DNA of 64,000 bases from an uncultured bacterium (GCA_963974925.1 CAXBFD010000014.1:10027-74026); one strand, 5' to 3'; positions 48,697-59,771 are shown, counted from the first letter of the stretch. Numbers and translations are program-made. Notes: a model not told the origin generated them from the sequence alone.

Positions 48697-49578
48697 ATGC
48701 CAAAACTTGCCGCGTTCCCCAAAGCCTTTATGGATGAACTGTGTCTGTCCGGAGAAATGCCCCTGCGCCAGTGGATTGATCTGGCTTCCACTCTGGACAT
48801 CGATGGACTCGAGTTTTACGCCGGCTTCCTGGAAATGAAAGATCAGAACTTCTGGACGGAAGCAAAAAAAATGGCGACCGACCACGGGCTGGAAATCCCG
48901 ATGATGTGTTGCTCACCTGACTTTACTCACCCTGATGCATCGTTTCGGAAGGAGCAGATCGAACACGAAAAATTCTGGATGGAAATGACGGCCGCTCTGG
49001 GTGGAACATTTTGTCGGGTCCTCTCAGGCCAAAGACGCCCGGAAGTTTCCCGGGAAGAGGGCATTCAGTATGCGGTTTCCTCAATTGAAGCCTGCCTGCC
49101 GCTGGCCGAAAAACTGGGGCTCACACTGATTATTGAAAACCATTATAAAGACAACTACTGGGATTATCCGGAATTTGCACAGATGTCTGATGTCTTCTGC
49201 GAGCTTGTCTCGCGCATCGACTCGCCTTACTTCGGCGTCAATTATGATCCGAGTAATACCATTCTCGCCGGCGAAGACCCGTTAGAATTACTGGAACGGA
49301 TTAAACACCGCGTCGTCACCATGCACGCCAGCGATCGCTACCTGACTGCAGGAACCATCGAAGATTTACGAAAAGAAGAAAACAGCCTGGGATATGCAAG
49401 CCGACTGAGTCATGGTGTCATTGGTAAAGGGCTGAATAATTACGACACCATTTTTTCCCAACTCAAAGCAGTCGGCTTTGACAGCTGGATCAGTATCGAA
49501 GATGGCGTGAACGGGATGGAAGAACTAGAGGAAAGTGTGACCTTTCTCAGGGGAAAAATGGCTCAATACTGGGGATAA
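48697..49578 (+). CDS. sugar phosphate isomerase/epimerase (xylose isomerase-like TIM barrel)
   Basis: IENHY, NYDPSN and HASD segments are typical of the AP-endonuclease-2/xylose-isomerase-like barrel family. Confidence 0.7.
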   Translation: MPKLAAFPKAFMDELCLSGEMPLRQWIDLASTLDIDGLEFYAGFLEMKDQNFWTEAKKMATDHGLEIPMMCCSPDFTHPDASFRKEQIEHEKFWMEMTAALGGTFCRVLSGQRRPEVSREEGIQYAVSSIEACLPLAEKLGLTLIIENHYKDNYWDYPEFAQMSDVFCELVSRIDSPYFGVNYDPSNTILAGEDPLELLERIKHRVVTMHASDRYLTAGTIEDLRKEENSLGYASRLSHGVIGKGLNNYDTIFSQLKAVGFDSWISIEDGVNGMEELEESVTFLRGKMAQYWG

Positions 49579-49823
49579 TGCCAGTCATACCAGCGCATGT
49601 CCCAAACTGGCAAACCTCCAGAACCCGAAATGTCTTGCATCTCCTCCGGAACAGAAGTATTGTCTATACATCTGGATTCCCTACACGCTGCGACCGGGCA
49701 GCATGTCTTTTTGATCAGCAATCCTGATTTTCTTACCCCATGACCTCCACGATAGAGTACAATTGGTATTATTCCAAGAGTTGTATTTTACTGCCCCTAG
49801 AAATCAAACAGAACCGCACACCT

Positions 49824-51251
49824 ATGTTGGCTCTCATTCGCAAAATTAACGTTCTCTCATGCCTGACGACTCTGGCTTTCGTTCTCTCAGGATGTGGCGG
49901 GGCAGATACTCCCCAACAGCGCGGGGCAAAAACAAATCCCTTTGCGCCTGCGAATGATAATTTTGCGCCGTCGACTCCCCAGGCACCGCAGATGTCACAG
50001 ACCAGACAGCCATCGACAACCGCTCCTGCTGCTCCCGCCGCGGCCCCGAAACGAATGACAGAAACGAAACCCGAACCGGAACCGGTCGCAAGCGGGACTT
50101 CCAGTGAAACAGATATTATTACTGAGACAAGTAAACGAACTCTGGACAGCGAAAGCCCGGGAGTTGCCATCATCGTACGTGGTGTCAGCGGCAATGAACC
50201 AATGGCATTACCGATTCTTCAGCAGAATCTTCGCGCTTCTCTCATCAATCCACTGGCTGTCGACCTGCCAAAACAGGATCTGTCTGCAGAATCGGCGCCG
50301 GAAGATCTGGAGCACTTTGTTTTTGATAAACAACTGGTACTCGTTGTCCGTCCTGTACCCGCAGATCTGTTTGCGTTTGCGCAGAAACTCAAATGGGGTA
50401 AGATAAAAGAGATTGATCTGCAAAACCGAATTATCACCGTCGATGCCCAGTTGCAGGAACTCAACTCCCTGGCACTCCGGAATAAAGAAGCTTCTATGCA
50501 GCCGGAATCTCCTGCTGATGTCTCCGAGAATTCAGATCCTCTGAAAAGCATTCCAGAGAAGAATCCTTCAGCACCTGCCATGAAACGATCTGAAACAAAA
50601 CCTGAAAATCCGGAAAAAGAGACGAACGATCGTGACTTAAAACCACGGACAGGCGAAGAGACAATCGACTGGGCACTACGCGTGATTGCAGGGACCAGTC
50701 CTTTTGCGCATGACACGGCCTGCAAAAAATTAGCCAGCATGAAACCGGACAGCGATCAGCTTCAACGCGTCTCTTCAGTACTCGCAGCGACGTTGCCTTT
50801 AGCGAAAGAAGGTTTTCGCATGAAGGAGCATGTGAACGCGATGGCTGTCTGGTATACCGACGACGCAACACTCACATTCGCAGCATTGCTGTCTGATGAG
50901 AGGTCAGCGCTGGTCCGTGAAGAGATTATTGAACTACTCCCCAAAATCCGCTCAGAGACATCCGCTGAGGTCCTTGTGGGCCGCTTATCAAATCGGGCAG
51001 ATATGAAAGATGCCCGCAGGGCACTCAGGTTCATGGGGGAAATCGCAGAAAAACCGGTCATCGCGCTGTTGAATCATCCGGATTCTGCATTACGGATTGA
51101 AGCCTGTATTATCTTAGAATCCATCGGCACGCAAGCAGCGGTCGCCGCATTGCAACAGCAGGCGGAAATCGAAGAGTCGAGTGTCGTCAAACAACAGATG
51201 TCCAAAGCACAGACTGAAATCAAACAGAAACTGGCAACGACACAAAAATGA
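49824..51251 (+). CDS. lipoprotein with P/A/T-rich linker and C-terminal HEAT-like repeats
   Basis: ATG 49824 gives MLALIRKINVLSCLTTLAFVLSGCGG, a lipobox. C-terminal helical repeats include DSALRIEACIILESIGTQAAVAAL. Confidence 0.5.
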   Translation: MLALIRKINVLSCLTTLAFVLSGCGGADTPQQRGAKTNPFAPANDNFAPSTPQAPQMSQTRQPSTTAPAAPAAAPKRMTETKPEPEPVASGTSSETDIITETSKRTLDSESPGVAIIVRGVSGNEPMALPILQQNLRASLINPLAVDLPKQDLSAESAPEDLEHFVFDKQLVLVVRPVPADLFAFAQKLKWGKIKEIDLQNRIITVDAQLQELNSLALRNKEASMQPESPADVSENSDPLKSIPEKNPSAPAMKRSETKPENPEKETNDRDLKPRTGEETIDWALRVIAGTSPFAHDTACKKLASMKPDSDQLQRVSSVLAATLPLAKEGFRMKEHVNAMAVWYTDDATLTFAALLSDERSALVREEIIELLPKIRSETSAEVLVGRLSNRADMKDARRALRFMGEIAEKPVIALLNHPDSALRIEACIILESIGTQAAVAALQQQAEIEESSVVKQQMSKAQTEIKQKLATTQK

Positions 51252-51347
51252 CCGGTCGCTTTTTTCAATTGAGAACCTGCGAATCAAATCATCAGATACC
51301 GGGAAGGAAGCATCACACGGCGATGCTCCAGTAAACCTGGCCACGGG

Positions 51348-53123
51348 TTAGTAGCCGGCAGCCGCTCCATGTTTGCGCGAATCACTGTGGCCGCGTAAGC
51401 CATCTGGCTGTCGCGAAACCGCCTGCGTCGCGGCCAGGCTGGATCTCTTTCTGGTCGCATGCCCGAATTGCTGTAACTTCTCTCCGACTTGCTTGAACAG
51501 CTCATTTTCCAGCAGAAGTTCGTCGGGCATCCATTGATGATGAATGCGTGGCGTTTCGACGGCTTGCTCCGGGTGCATTCCAAACACGATCATGTTCAAT
51601 AAAACCTGAAGCGTGCTGGAAATAATCCGGGGGCCACCGGAAGCACCTGCAGAAAAGACCGCTTTCCCGTCTTTGACGGCGATGGTGGGTGACATACTGG
51701 AAAGTGGTTTTTTGCCGGGTTCGATTTCATTTGCTTGACTCTGAATCAAACCAAAGGCATTGGGTTTTCCTGAAATCGCCGCGAAATCATCCATTTCGTT
51801 GTTCATCACGATCCCATACTCCGGAACCACAACATAACTGCCAAACGTCAGATTAATTGTTTCGGTACAGGCGACGGCATTCCCCGCTGCATCCATAACC
51901 GACAAATGACTGGTCCCTCCGTCCTGTGGAGGAAGATAACGGCCGTAGTCTTTCAGTGATTTTGTTTTCTTCGCATCAATGCGCGAAGCCAGCTGGCTGG
52001 CGTATTTCTGGTTCGTCAGTCTCTCGATGGGTACCGGAACAAAGTCCATGTCGCCCAGATATTCTGCGCGATCTGCAAAGGCATGTTTCATGACTTCTGT
52101 CAATAAGTGGATCTGCTGCGGTGAGTGATATCCCAGTTTTGCAAAGGACTGGTTCAGCAATTGATTTTCTAACGCATGAATCATGTTAAATGATTCAATA
52201 ATGGCGATGCCTCCACTGGAAGGAGGAGGCATGGTCAAGATCGTGTAGCCGTTAAATGTGGTTGTCAGCGGTTTTCGAATGATCGGCTGAGTTTCGATTA
52301 AATCCTGATGAGTCAGGAGACCTCCATTCTGTTTCCCGCAAACGGCCACCAGGGCATCGGCGACTGGTCCTTCGTAAAAACCGGCCCGACCGTTTTCGGC
52401 GATCAATTCCAGAGCTTTCAACTGCGGGCTGAAAAACCGGTCCTGATCCTGCCAGGGTTTGCCATGATTGAGATACTCGTCAATCAATGCTGAAAACCGG
52501 TTCGGGTCCAGAGAACCTTTTTCAATTCGCTCCAACATGGATTTTTGGATGGACCGCATGTGCTCGTTGATGCGCACTCCTCTTTTGGCCATCAAAATCG
52601 CCGGTTGCATCACCGTCTTCAAATCCAGTTTTCCATATTCCTTAACAGCATAACACAACCCGGCGACAGTTCCCGGAACGGCAACCGCCAGCGGTCCCTG
52701 ACGGCTGGCAAGTTTGCGCTGTGCTTCATTGCCTGGTAATTTCGCATACATGTCCGGAGTCGCAGCGGCGGGAGCGCGCTCCCGGTAATCAATCACCACA
52801 GACTTCTGCCGCTCTGCATCCCAGATCACCATGAAACCTCCTCCGCCCAAACCACAGCTGGCCGGTCTGAGGACGGAAAGCGCAAACGAACTCGCCACGG
52901 CCGCATCCACAACATTGCCGCCTGCTTTGAGTATCACGATTCCAGCGGCACTGGCTAACGGATGATCTGCGGCAACGACTGCCCGCTCATAGACTCGATT
53001 CTTCTGATCAAGGGGAGGATCCGCCGAAAATCCCGGCTGTAAGCTCCCCAGGACGGCAGCGATAAACGTAAAGCATAACACCTTGTTGACATATGGTTTA
53101 TGACTCAACACATTGAAAAACAT
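51348..53123 (-). CDS. ggt: gamma-glutamyltransferase
   Basis: Signal peptide, the autoprocessing/nucleophile site DGGTSHLSVMD, SSMSPT, and GASGGPRII. Confidence 0.9.
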   Translation of the reverse strand: MFFNVLSHKPYVNKVLCFTFIAAVLGSLQPGFSADPPLDQKNRVYERAVVAADHPLASAAGIVILKAGGNVVDAAVASSFALSVLRPASCGLGGGGFMVIWDAERQKSVVIDYRERAPAAATPDMYAKLPGNEAQRKLASRQGPLAVAVPGTVAGLCYAVKEYGKLDLKTVMQPAILMAKRGVRINEHMRSIQKSMLERIEKGSLDPNRFSALIDEYLNHGKPWQDQDRFFSPQLKALELIAENGRAGFYEGPVADALVAVCGKQNGGLLTHQDLIETQPIIRKPLTTTFNGYTILTMPPPSSGGIAIIESFNMIHALENQLLNQSFAKLGYHSPQQIHLLTEVMKHAFADRAEYLGDMDFVPVPIERLTNQKYASQLASRIDAKKTKSLKDYGRYLPPQDGGTSHLSVMDAAGNAVACTETINLTFGSYVVVPEYGIVMNNEMDDFAAISGKPNAFGLIQSQANEIEPGKKPLSSMSPTIAVKDGKAVFSAGASGGPRIISSTLQVLLNMIVFGMHPEQAVETPRIHHQWMPDELLLENELFKQVGEKLQQFGHATRKRSSLAATQAVSRQPDGLRGHSDSRKHGAAAGY

Positions 53124-53403
53124 GTTTTATCCTTTAAGAAGATCGCTCATGGGGACTGCAATTGTCAGAATCGGATCAGACAATCTGTTTCTGCCGCTCG
53201 AAGTCTGGTTTCTCTCTGATTATACTATGCAACCTGTCTTGATTGATTTCCAGATCCAATATTGGAAATTCCAAGTCGGATCGCACATGCTGGATGAAGT
53301 CCGTTTGTGCTCCGTATCTGAACATTAACTTGTCGTTCCACCCCTCTGTACCGCAGAGCCTTAAGCAAAACAGAACACCCATTAAAACAACAGCTGTAAT
53401 ATT

Positions 53404-54714
53404 ATGACACTCAGCAGACTCAATTCCCCTGAAACCGACAAAACATGCCAACTGGTGACACTCGGTTGTAAGGTCAATCAATACGAAACGCAACTCGTGA
53501 AAGAGGCTCTGGAAAAGAATGGGTATCGGGAGGCCTCTGAAACCGAGACAGCAGATTTGTGCGTCGTAAATACCTGTACGGTCACAGCCACCGGTGATGC
53601 GAAGGGCCGCAAGCTGATTCGCCAGCTCTCGAAGAATAATCCGGGAACAAAAATTCTTGTGATGGGTTGTTATGCCACGCGAGATCCAAAAACGGTTTCA
53701 GAATTACCCGGTGTTTTTGAAGTCGTTACCGACAAGCGGGAGCTGCCTGATATCCTGGAACGACACGGAATCGTGGATATGCCAACCGGCATCTCTGAAT
53801 TCGAGGGACGCAAGCGCGCTTATGTCAAAGTCCAGGACGGATGCATCCTGCGATGCACCTACTGTATCATTCCCTCAGTCCGCCCTGGACTGCAAAGTCG
53901 TTCGCCACAGGATATCGAAGAGGAAGTCCGACGACTGGTGGGAAACGGATTCAAGGAAATTGTTCTGACCGGGATTCATGTCGGTCATTTTGGCGTCGAC
54001 ACCACGCGCGGCAAATCAGGTAAGGCTCCCTTTCGACTCTGGCATCTGTTTCGCAAACTGGATCAGATCCCCGGCGACTGGCGGATGCGGCTCTCCAGTG
54101 TGGAAACCGCAGAAATCAATGATGATTTTATTTCGGCCGCCGCCGACTGTGAACATCTTTGTCCCCAGTTTCACCCTTCGCTGCAAAGTGGATCAGATTC
54201 CGTGCTGCGACGGATGAAACGCCGCTATCATGTCAGTCGTTTTCTGGAAAAACTGCAGATGATGCGAGAACGACTGAACCACCCCGCATTCACGACGGAT
54301 GTGATCGTGGGATTTCCGGGAGAAACCGATGCCGAATTTGAAGAGACTTTGCACACCTGCCGGGAAGCAGGCTTCATGAAAATTCATATTTTCCCTTTCA
54401 GTGCCAGAAAAGGAACGCCTGCAGCGACTTATGAAAACCAGATTTCTCCTGAAATTCGCCAGGAACGTTGTCAGCAACTGGCTGAACTCGAACGTAAATT
54501 AGCACAGAATTTTTATCAGACTTTAGTAGACCGGGATCTACAGGTTTTGGTAGAACGCGAATGTACCGACCTTCCGGGATGGGTTCGCGGCACAGACCGC
54601 TGGTACGCCCCTGTCATCTGCCAGGGCACCAAAGCCGACCTGGGAAAATTTGTGAACGCCCGTGGTACCAGAGATCACCAGGACTATCTCGAAGCTGAGC
54701 GCGTCTCCCCCTAG
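53404..54714 (+). CDS. radical-SAM tRNA methylthiotransferase, MtaB/MiaB-like
   Basis: N-terminal UPF0004 domain (TLGCKVNQYET, VVNTCTVT), the radical SAM motif CILRCTYCIIP, and a C-terminal TRAM-like region. Confidence 0.8.
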   Translation: MTLSRLNSPETDKTCQLVTLGCKVNQYETQLVKEALEKNGYREASETETADLCVVNTCTVTATGDAKGRKLIRQLSKNNPGTKILVMGCYATRDPKTVSELPGVFEVVTDKRELPDILERHGIVDMPTGISEFEGRKRAYVKVQDGCILRCTYCIIPSVRPGLQSRSPQDIEEEVRRLVGNGFKEIVLTGIHVGHFGVDTTRGKSGKAPFRLWHLFRKLDQIPGDWRMRLSSVETAEINDDFISAAADCEHLCPQFHPSLQSGSDSVLRRMKRRYHVSRFLEKLQMMRERLNHPAFTTDVIVGFPGETDAEFEETLHTCREAGFMKIHIFPFSARKGTPAATYENQISPEIRQERCQQLAELERKLAQNFYQTLVDRDLQVLVERECTDLPGWVRGTDRWYAPVICQGTKADLGKFVNARGTRDHQDYLEAERVSP

Positions 54715-54788
54715 AGGTCAGTTTCCCGGCTGCGGGCTGATTCATTTTTTTAAAGTCGATCAAAGATTATTTCAAAGAAAGTTATTGC

Positions 54789-55457
54789 GTGTCACTGTTA
54801 ATTGCAATTGAAGGTATCGATGGTTCAGGCAAAGGAACACAGGCAGGCAGGCTGCATCAGAAATGCCAGGAACAGGGAATCAAATCCAGCCTGATTGGAT
54901 TTCCCCGATACGATCAGACATTATTCGGCAAGTCCATCGGAGAATTTCTGAATGGACGATTTGGACAGCTTGATGAAGTAAATCCATTTCTCGCCTCACT
55001 GCTTTATGCCGGTGATCGATTTGAATCGCGCGATCATCTTTATAAAATGCTCGAATCAAGTCAGGTCGTTATTTTTGATCGCTATATACCTTCGAATATT
55101 GCGCATCAGGGCGCAAAACTGTCTGGCGATGAACGCGCGGAATTTATTCAATGGATCGAACAGATCGAGTATGAAATTTACCGCATGCCTCGGCTGGATC
55201 TGGCGATTCTGTTAGATTTACCTGCCGACGAAGCGCAAAAACTGGTCGCTGAAAAGCAGGCACGCTCTTACACGGAGAAAGCGGCTGACCTGCAGGAAGC
55301 CGACCAGGCCTATCTGGCTAACGTCAGACAAGTTTATCTCCAACTGGCCGAAGTGAATCACCAGTGGCGAAAAATTGACAGTCTGCATGAAAACCAACTG
55401 CGGTCGATAGAAGAGATTGGAAACGAAATCTGGTCTCATGTTTCCGACTTACTCTGA
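54789..55457 (+). CDS. tmk: dTMP (thymidylate) kinase
   Basis: P-loop IAIEGIDGSGKGTQ, the DRY-type motif FDRYIPSNIAHQ, and a lid region. The start codon is GTG. Confidence 0.85.
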   Translation: MSLLIAIEGIDGSGKGTQAGRLHQKCQEQGIKSSLIGFPRYDQTLFGKSIGEFLNGRFGQLDEVNPFLASLLYAGDRFESRDHLYKMLESSQVVIFDRYIPSNIAHQGAKLSGDERAEFIQWIEQIEYEIYRMPRLDLAILLDLPADEAQKLVAEKQARSYTEKAADLQEADQAYLANVRQVYLQLAEVNHQWRKIDSLHENQLRSIEEIGNEIWSHVSDLL

Positions 55458-55613
55458 ATCCGGTCTCAGATACAGATATTTGTTCAGATCCCATATGAAC
55501 ACAGACCAGGCTCTCTCTCCCTTAATGAAAACGGAACGCAAAATTGACTTGACCTGCTGAGGGAAAAGCCTGTCTAATATCTGCATTCTTTGACCTTTGA
55601 AAGGGAGACAGGA

Positions 55614-55916
55614 ATGGTGAAACGGGCTCCGAGCCAAATGACATTGCGAGAAATGTTTTCCGATACGGAACGGCTTGCGGCTGAACTGGTGGAGCACCTG
55701 GAATTGGGATTCATCCCCACGAATGAGCAATTAATTCGCCTGGTCCGTGTCGTTCCCGATGGGATTGAGCAACGACAGGTAGAAGATATCAGTGTGCGAA
55801 ATCAAGCTGCTGAATTATTAAAATGCGATAACTTTACACAGGACCTGTTCGAGAAGCTGGATGAATATCTGAAAGCCATTGACCTGTCCGTCAATCAGAT
55901 CGTTGACGGCAAATAA
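55614..55916 (+). CDS. hypothetical small protein (100 aa)
   Basis: ATG 55614 is preceded by GGGAGA. The sequence is helical. No motif was recognised. Confidence 0.35.
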   Translation: MVKRAPSQMTLREMFSDTERLAAELVEHLELGFIPTNEQLIRLVRVVPDGIEQRQVEDISVRNQAAELLKCDNFTQDLFEKLDEYLKAIDLSVNQIVDGK

Positions 55917-55933
55917 CGCCTCTGTCTCTCAAC

Positions 55934-57544
55934 TCAGGTCGCTGCCGCCTCAAGCGGTGCGAATTCTTCGACGAGTTTTTTCGCACTCTGCAGACCATCC
56001 ACGGCTGCTGACACAATTCCTCCGGCATACCCCGCACCTTCACCCACGGGATACAAACCACGGAAGCCGGGAGCCTGATAGGAATGTCTCTCTCGATCGA
56101 TTCGAATGGGAGAGCTGCCACGCATCTCAGGACCGACCAGGACCGCATTCTCTAAAAATGCACCACGCCATTTCTGGTTCATGATCGGCAATCCGTTCTG
56201 AATTTGAGAGATGACTACGGGAGGCAGTACCTGTGTCAAATTCGAAGCGGCAACCCCCCTTTGATAGGTGCCGCTATATCGAAAACCGGCGTCCGTTTTA
56301 CGATTCTTCAGAAAATCAGCAGGACGCTGAATCGGACAGAAATAATTTTTCGCTCCCAGCTCAAAAGCAATCGCTTCGTATTTCCTCTGAAGTTCCATCC
56401 CGGCCAGGGGATGATCGCTCCCGAATTCCTCAGGATAGATCGTTGTCATGATGCCGCTATTGGCATATCCCGTGTCATGCCGCGAATTGCTCATTCCGTT
56501 TGTACAAAACATATTTGGTTCTGAAATACTGGGCATCACAATCCCGCCGGCACACATGCAAAAAGTATAGAGATCCCGTTTGCCTTTTGTGATCATGGTG
56601 TAATCTGCGGCACCCAGCAGCGAAAGGTATTCCTCCCGGCCGTACTTGTGTTCGTTTACCTGCTCCTGCGGCTGCTCGATTCTGAGGCCCAGTTGAAAAG
56701 CCTTGCGAAACATGGGAACTCCCAGATCGTATAACATTTGATACGTATCGCGGGCACTATGGCCAATCCCCAGAATCACATGCGAAGTTTTCACATAACC
56801 TGAGGATGTCATAACGCCCTGGACCTGGCCATCGGCAACATCGATCCCCTCCAGTCGGCATTCAAACCGGAATTCTCCTCCCATCGCGTCAATCTTGCGA
56901 CGAAAGTTTCGACAGATCATGGGAAGTTTATTACTGCCTAAGTGAGGACGATGCTCATAAGCAATGGAAGGCCGCGCTCCACACTCAATAAAGCGCTCCA
57001 GCACCCACTGTACATCAGGGCCACTTAAACGGCAGGTCAGTTTTCCATCACTGAAACAGCCAGCGCCTCCCTCTCCAAACAGATAATTATTTTCCGTATG
57101 AAACGCCTCCCCCTGATCAAAGCGTCTGATTTCCGGAACGCGCTCCTTAACCGGAAACCCACGCTCAATAATCAGCGGGCGGTATCCTCTTAACGTCAGA
57201 AAGTAGGCGGCTAATAACCCCGCAGGCCCCGACCCAACGATCACCGGCCGCTCTTCAAGTGGGTGAGTGCCACACTCAGGATCGATAAATGGCTCTTCGG
57301 AATAAGCTTGAACCGATAACTCTTCACGATGATTTTTCAGGATGCCTGGCTCATCCGGCACATTCACTTCTGCCGAATAGACAAATCGTAAATCCTGGCG
57401 CGAACGGGCATCCAGACTTTTTCGGAGAATTCGATAGCTCTGAATCTCTTCCGGATCGATCCCCAAATTTTGTGCAATATGATTTGCAAGTTCTTGTTCG
57501 GGAATTTCGACGGGTAATCGAATATTGGTAACTTTAAGTGACAT
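55934..57544 (-). CDS. FAD-dependent oxidoreductase (COG2509-like)
   Basis: Dinucleotide fold VIVGSGPAGLLAAYFL, with a conserved C-terminal GEGAGYAGGIVSAAVDG. ATG 57544 (MSLKVTN...) is preferred over the 57580 start. Confidence 0.75.
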   Translation of the reverse strand: MSLKVTNIRLPVEIPEQELANHIAQNLGIDPEEIQSYRILRKSLDARSRQDLRFVYSAEVNVPDEPGILKNHREELSVQAYSEEPFIDPECGTHPLEERPVIVGSGPAGLLAAYFLTLRGYRPLIIERGFPVKERVPEIRRFDQGEAFHTENNYLFGEGGAGCFSDGKLTCRLSGPDVQWVLERFIECGARPSIAYEHRPHLGSNKLPMICRNFRRKIDAMGGEFRFECRLEGIDVADGQVQGVMTSSGYVKTSHVILGIGHSARDTYQMLYDLGVPMFRKAFQLGLRIEQPQEQVNEHKYGREEYLSLLGAADYTMITKGKRDLYTFCMCAGGIVMPSISEPNMFCTNGMSNSRHDTGYANSGIMTTIYPEEFGSDHPLAGMELQRKYEAIAFELGAKNYFCPIQRPADFLKNRKTDAGFRYSGTYQRGVAASNLTQVLPPVVISQIQNGLPIMNQKWRGAFLENAVLVGPEMRGSSPIRIDRERHSYQAPGFRGLYPVGEGAGYAGGIVSAAVDGLQSAKKLVEEFAPLEAAAT

Positions 57545-57704
57545 ATAGCTTAAACCGGAATCGAACAAGCGCAGATACAAGACGTGAGATCATGTCAAGC
57601 AACTCGACATGTTATACCGATCAGGCAATCGAATGCAATTTTGACACTTCGAAACCATCAGAAAAGCAGAAAATACTTTGAAAAGCGTGCACTAAAAGTA
57701 CTGC

Positions 57705-58427
57705 TCAGGCTGCTTTCTTGAACGAAACAAGATCCTCGTTTGTCGGTTCTGAAACAAGTTGGAAGACCTCCCGTTCCAGATCTTCCATTTTCTGTTGCAC
57801 TAATTCCGTGTAGTAATTCATCTCTTCTCGAGAGATATTTTCCGGAACCTGAATCGGCTCGCCGACCAGATAATAGACTTTGGAAAATGGTTTGGGAATC
57901 CAGATACTTGTCCAGCTCCCCTGGAACTTCCAGAAACGAGTCGCCGTATAGGCGGTCGGAATCACAGGCCGCCCTGAATGTGACGCCAGAAACACAATTC
58001 CGGGCTTCATCTTATGATGTGGCCCGCGGGGGCCGTCAGGGGTAATCACGATATGTTTCCCCTCGGCCAGTGTGATTAATTTCTTGATCGCGCTGGCGCC
58101 CCCCCGACTGGTGGAACCGCGAATTGCCCCCATGCCGGCGGCTTTCAGCATCGCCTCAATCGTATCTGCATCTCGATGCTGACTGATTAATGCGACACTG
58201 TTATGTTCCACCGCGCAAAACAGTGGCGGAATGACTGAGTCATGCCAGACACTATATAAAAACCGATCGGAACCTGTATCGGCAAAAGGGCAACGTTGAA
58301 GACTGTCTCCAACGTACTCAAGACGGGTCGTCTTAAATATTAATCGAATCAAGATGACCACGAAAGAATTAAGAACGCTCAGCAAAGCTCGACTCTGTAT
58401 TTTCAACCGATTACTCCTGTACGGCAT
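57705..58427 (-). CDS. DUF374-type lysophospholipid-acyltransferase-like protein
   Basis: YSVWHDSVIPPLF...ISQHRDADTI...GSTSRGGASAIK...ITPDGPRGP matches the DUF374 pattern. ATG 58427 gives the usual ~240 aa. The track's TTG at 58589 would add 54 atypical residues. Confidence 0.6.
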   Translation of the reverse strand: MPYRSNRLKIQSRALLSVLNSFVVILIRLIFKTTRLEYVGDSLQRCPFADTGSDRFLYSVWHDSVIPPLFCAVEHNSVALISQHRDADTIEAMLKAAGMGAIRGSTSRGGASAIKKLITLAEGKHIVITPDGPRGPHHKMKPGIVFLASHSGRPVIPTAYTATRFWKFQGSWTSIWIPKPFSKVYYLVGEPIQVPENISREEMNYYTELVQQKMEDLEREVFQLVSEPTNEDLVSFKKAA

Positions 58428-58600
58428 ATGCAACGAAACCTGGTAGAACCGTGAATTGTAATGATGTTTCAATCTGCGCAAATCCCAATTTTTTTCTCGG
58501 TATCCCGAGCCGGAAATGCCGGGATACCTTACCGCTATTTGACGTAAACATCCTATTGTCTCGTCATATTTAATAATTGGGGTTGCCAAGATCGAGTAAA

Positions 58601-58636
58601 TATCAGATCCTTCGTAAATTCAAGGAGGATCTGATA
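58601..58636 (+). promoter_or_regulatory. hairpin overlapping the transposase Shine-Dalgarno and start codon
   Basis: A perfect 10-bp inverted repeat TATCAGATCC (58601-58610) / GGATCTGATA (58627-58636) has a 16-nt loop. The 3' arm covers the end of AAGGAGG and the A of ATG 58636. Confidence 0.4.
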
Positions 58637-59079
58637 TGGAAAAGAAATACATCGTACGGCTGTCGAAGAAGGAACGGGATACGCTTACGGATGTCCGCAA
58701 GCGGCTGAAAGGTTCACCGCAGAAGGTCAGGCGCGCGGAGATTCTGTTAAAGGCGGATGTGCGAGGGCCGAACTGGACTGACACAAAAATCGCTGAGGCG
58801 TTTTCGTGCCGCGTGCAAACCGTTGAAAATCTCCGGAAACGACTGGTCGTCGAAGGGTTTGAGATCGCCTTGAATGGCAAAACTCGGGCATCACCGCCGA
58901 GACAGAAAGTTCTCGACGGCAAGCAGGAGGCGCAGGTGATTGCCATGCGTCTGGGGCAGCCTCCGAAAGGCTATGCGAACTGGTCACTTCGACTGCTGGC
59001 GGAACGTGTGGTGGAACTCGGACTGGTCGAGTCGATCAGTCACGAAACAATTCGACAAACACTTAAAAAAATGGTATGA
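58636..59079 (+). CDS. IS630-family transposase, N-terminal HTH part (orfA)
   Basis: MEKKYIVRLSKKERDTL...RRAEILLKADVRGPNWTDTKIAEAFSCRVQTVENLRKR is the typical IS630/Tc1-like paired HTH. It ends just after the A7 run at 59065-59071. Confidence 0.8.
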   Translation: MEKKYIVRLSKKERDTLTDVRKRLKGSPQKVRRAEILLKADVRGPNWTDTKIAEAFSCRVQTVENLRKRLVVEGFEIALNGKTRASPPRQKVLDGKQEAQVIAMRLGQPPKGYANWSLRLLAERVVELGLVESISHETIRQTLKKMV

Positions 59080-59771
59080 CGCAGCGCAAGATTCAGTACT
59101 GGGTGATTCCACCGGAAGCTGACGCGGAATTTATTGCGTCGATGGAAGAGATTCTGGACACCTACGAAGCGCCTTACAACAGCGAATATCCGGTGTTGTG
59201 CATGGATGAGCAGCCCGTTCAGCTTCACAGGGAAATTCGCCAGCCGATACCGGCAACCAGAAAACATGCGCGTCGAGTCGACTATGAATATGAGCGGTGT
59301 GGAACCGCCAGCATTTTCATGTTCACGGAACCTTTGTCGGGCTGGCGGGAAGTCCGAGTCCGCGATCAGCGCACCAAAGTAGACTGGGCCATTGAAATGG
59401 AGCGGCTGCTGACAACACGTTATCGCTCTGCCAGAAAAGTGATCGTCGTCTGCGACAATTTGAACACGCACACCAAAGGAGCATTTTACGAGGCCTTTCC
59501 GGCTGAGAAGGCGCGTTCGCTGGTCCGGCAGATCGAATTTCGCCAGACGCCGAAGCACGGCAGTTGGCTGAACATCGCTGAAAACGAACTGAGTACAATG
59601 ACGCGGCAGTGTGTAACCGGTCGCCGCTTCGAATCCACACGACCGTTGCGAGCGGAAACCAAAGCCTGGTCAGAGGACGCCAACAAAAAGCAGCGGGGAG
59701 TGGACTGGCAATTCAAAGTTCAGGACGCCCGAGCGAAATTGAAATCACTTTATCCCAAAATCAAATCCTGA
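59076..59771 (+). CDS. IS630-family transposase, DDE catalytic part (orfB, -1 frame; probably expressed as orfAB fusion)
   Basis: LCMDEQP, VVCDNLNTH and SWLNIAENE provide the D, D, E candidates in the usual IS630 contexts. The frame is -1 relative to orfA. Confidence 0.8.
   Translation: MTQRKIQYWVIPPEADAEFIASMEEILDTYEAPYNSEYPVLCMDEQPVQLHREIRQPIPATRKHARRVDYEYERCGTASIFMFTEPLSGWREVRVRDQRTKVDWAIEMERLLTTRYRSARKVIVVCDNLNTHTKGAFYEAFPAEKARSLVRQIEFRQTPKHGSWLNIAENELSTMTRQCVTGRRFESTRPLRAETKAWSEDANKKQRGVDWQFKVQDARAKLKSLYPKIKS

Noticed and set aside
51314-51338. Hairpin GGAAGCATC...GATGCTCC between the convergent lipoprotein and ggt genes as a terminator
   Set aside because: The stem is short and bulged, and neither strand has a following U-run.
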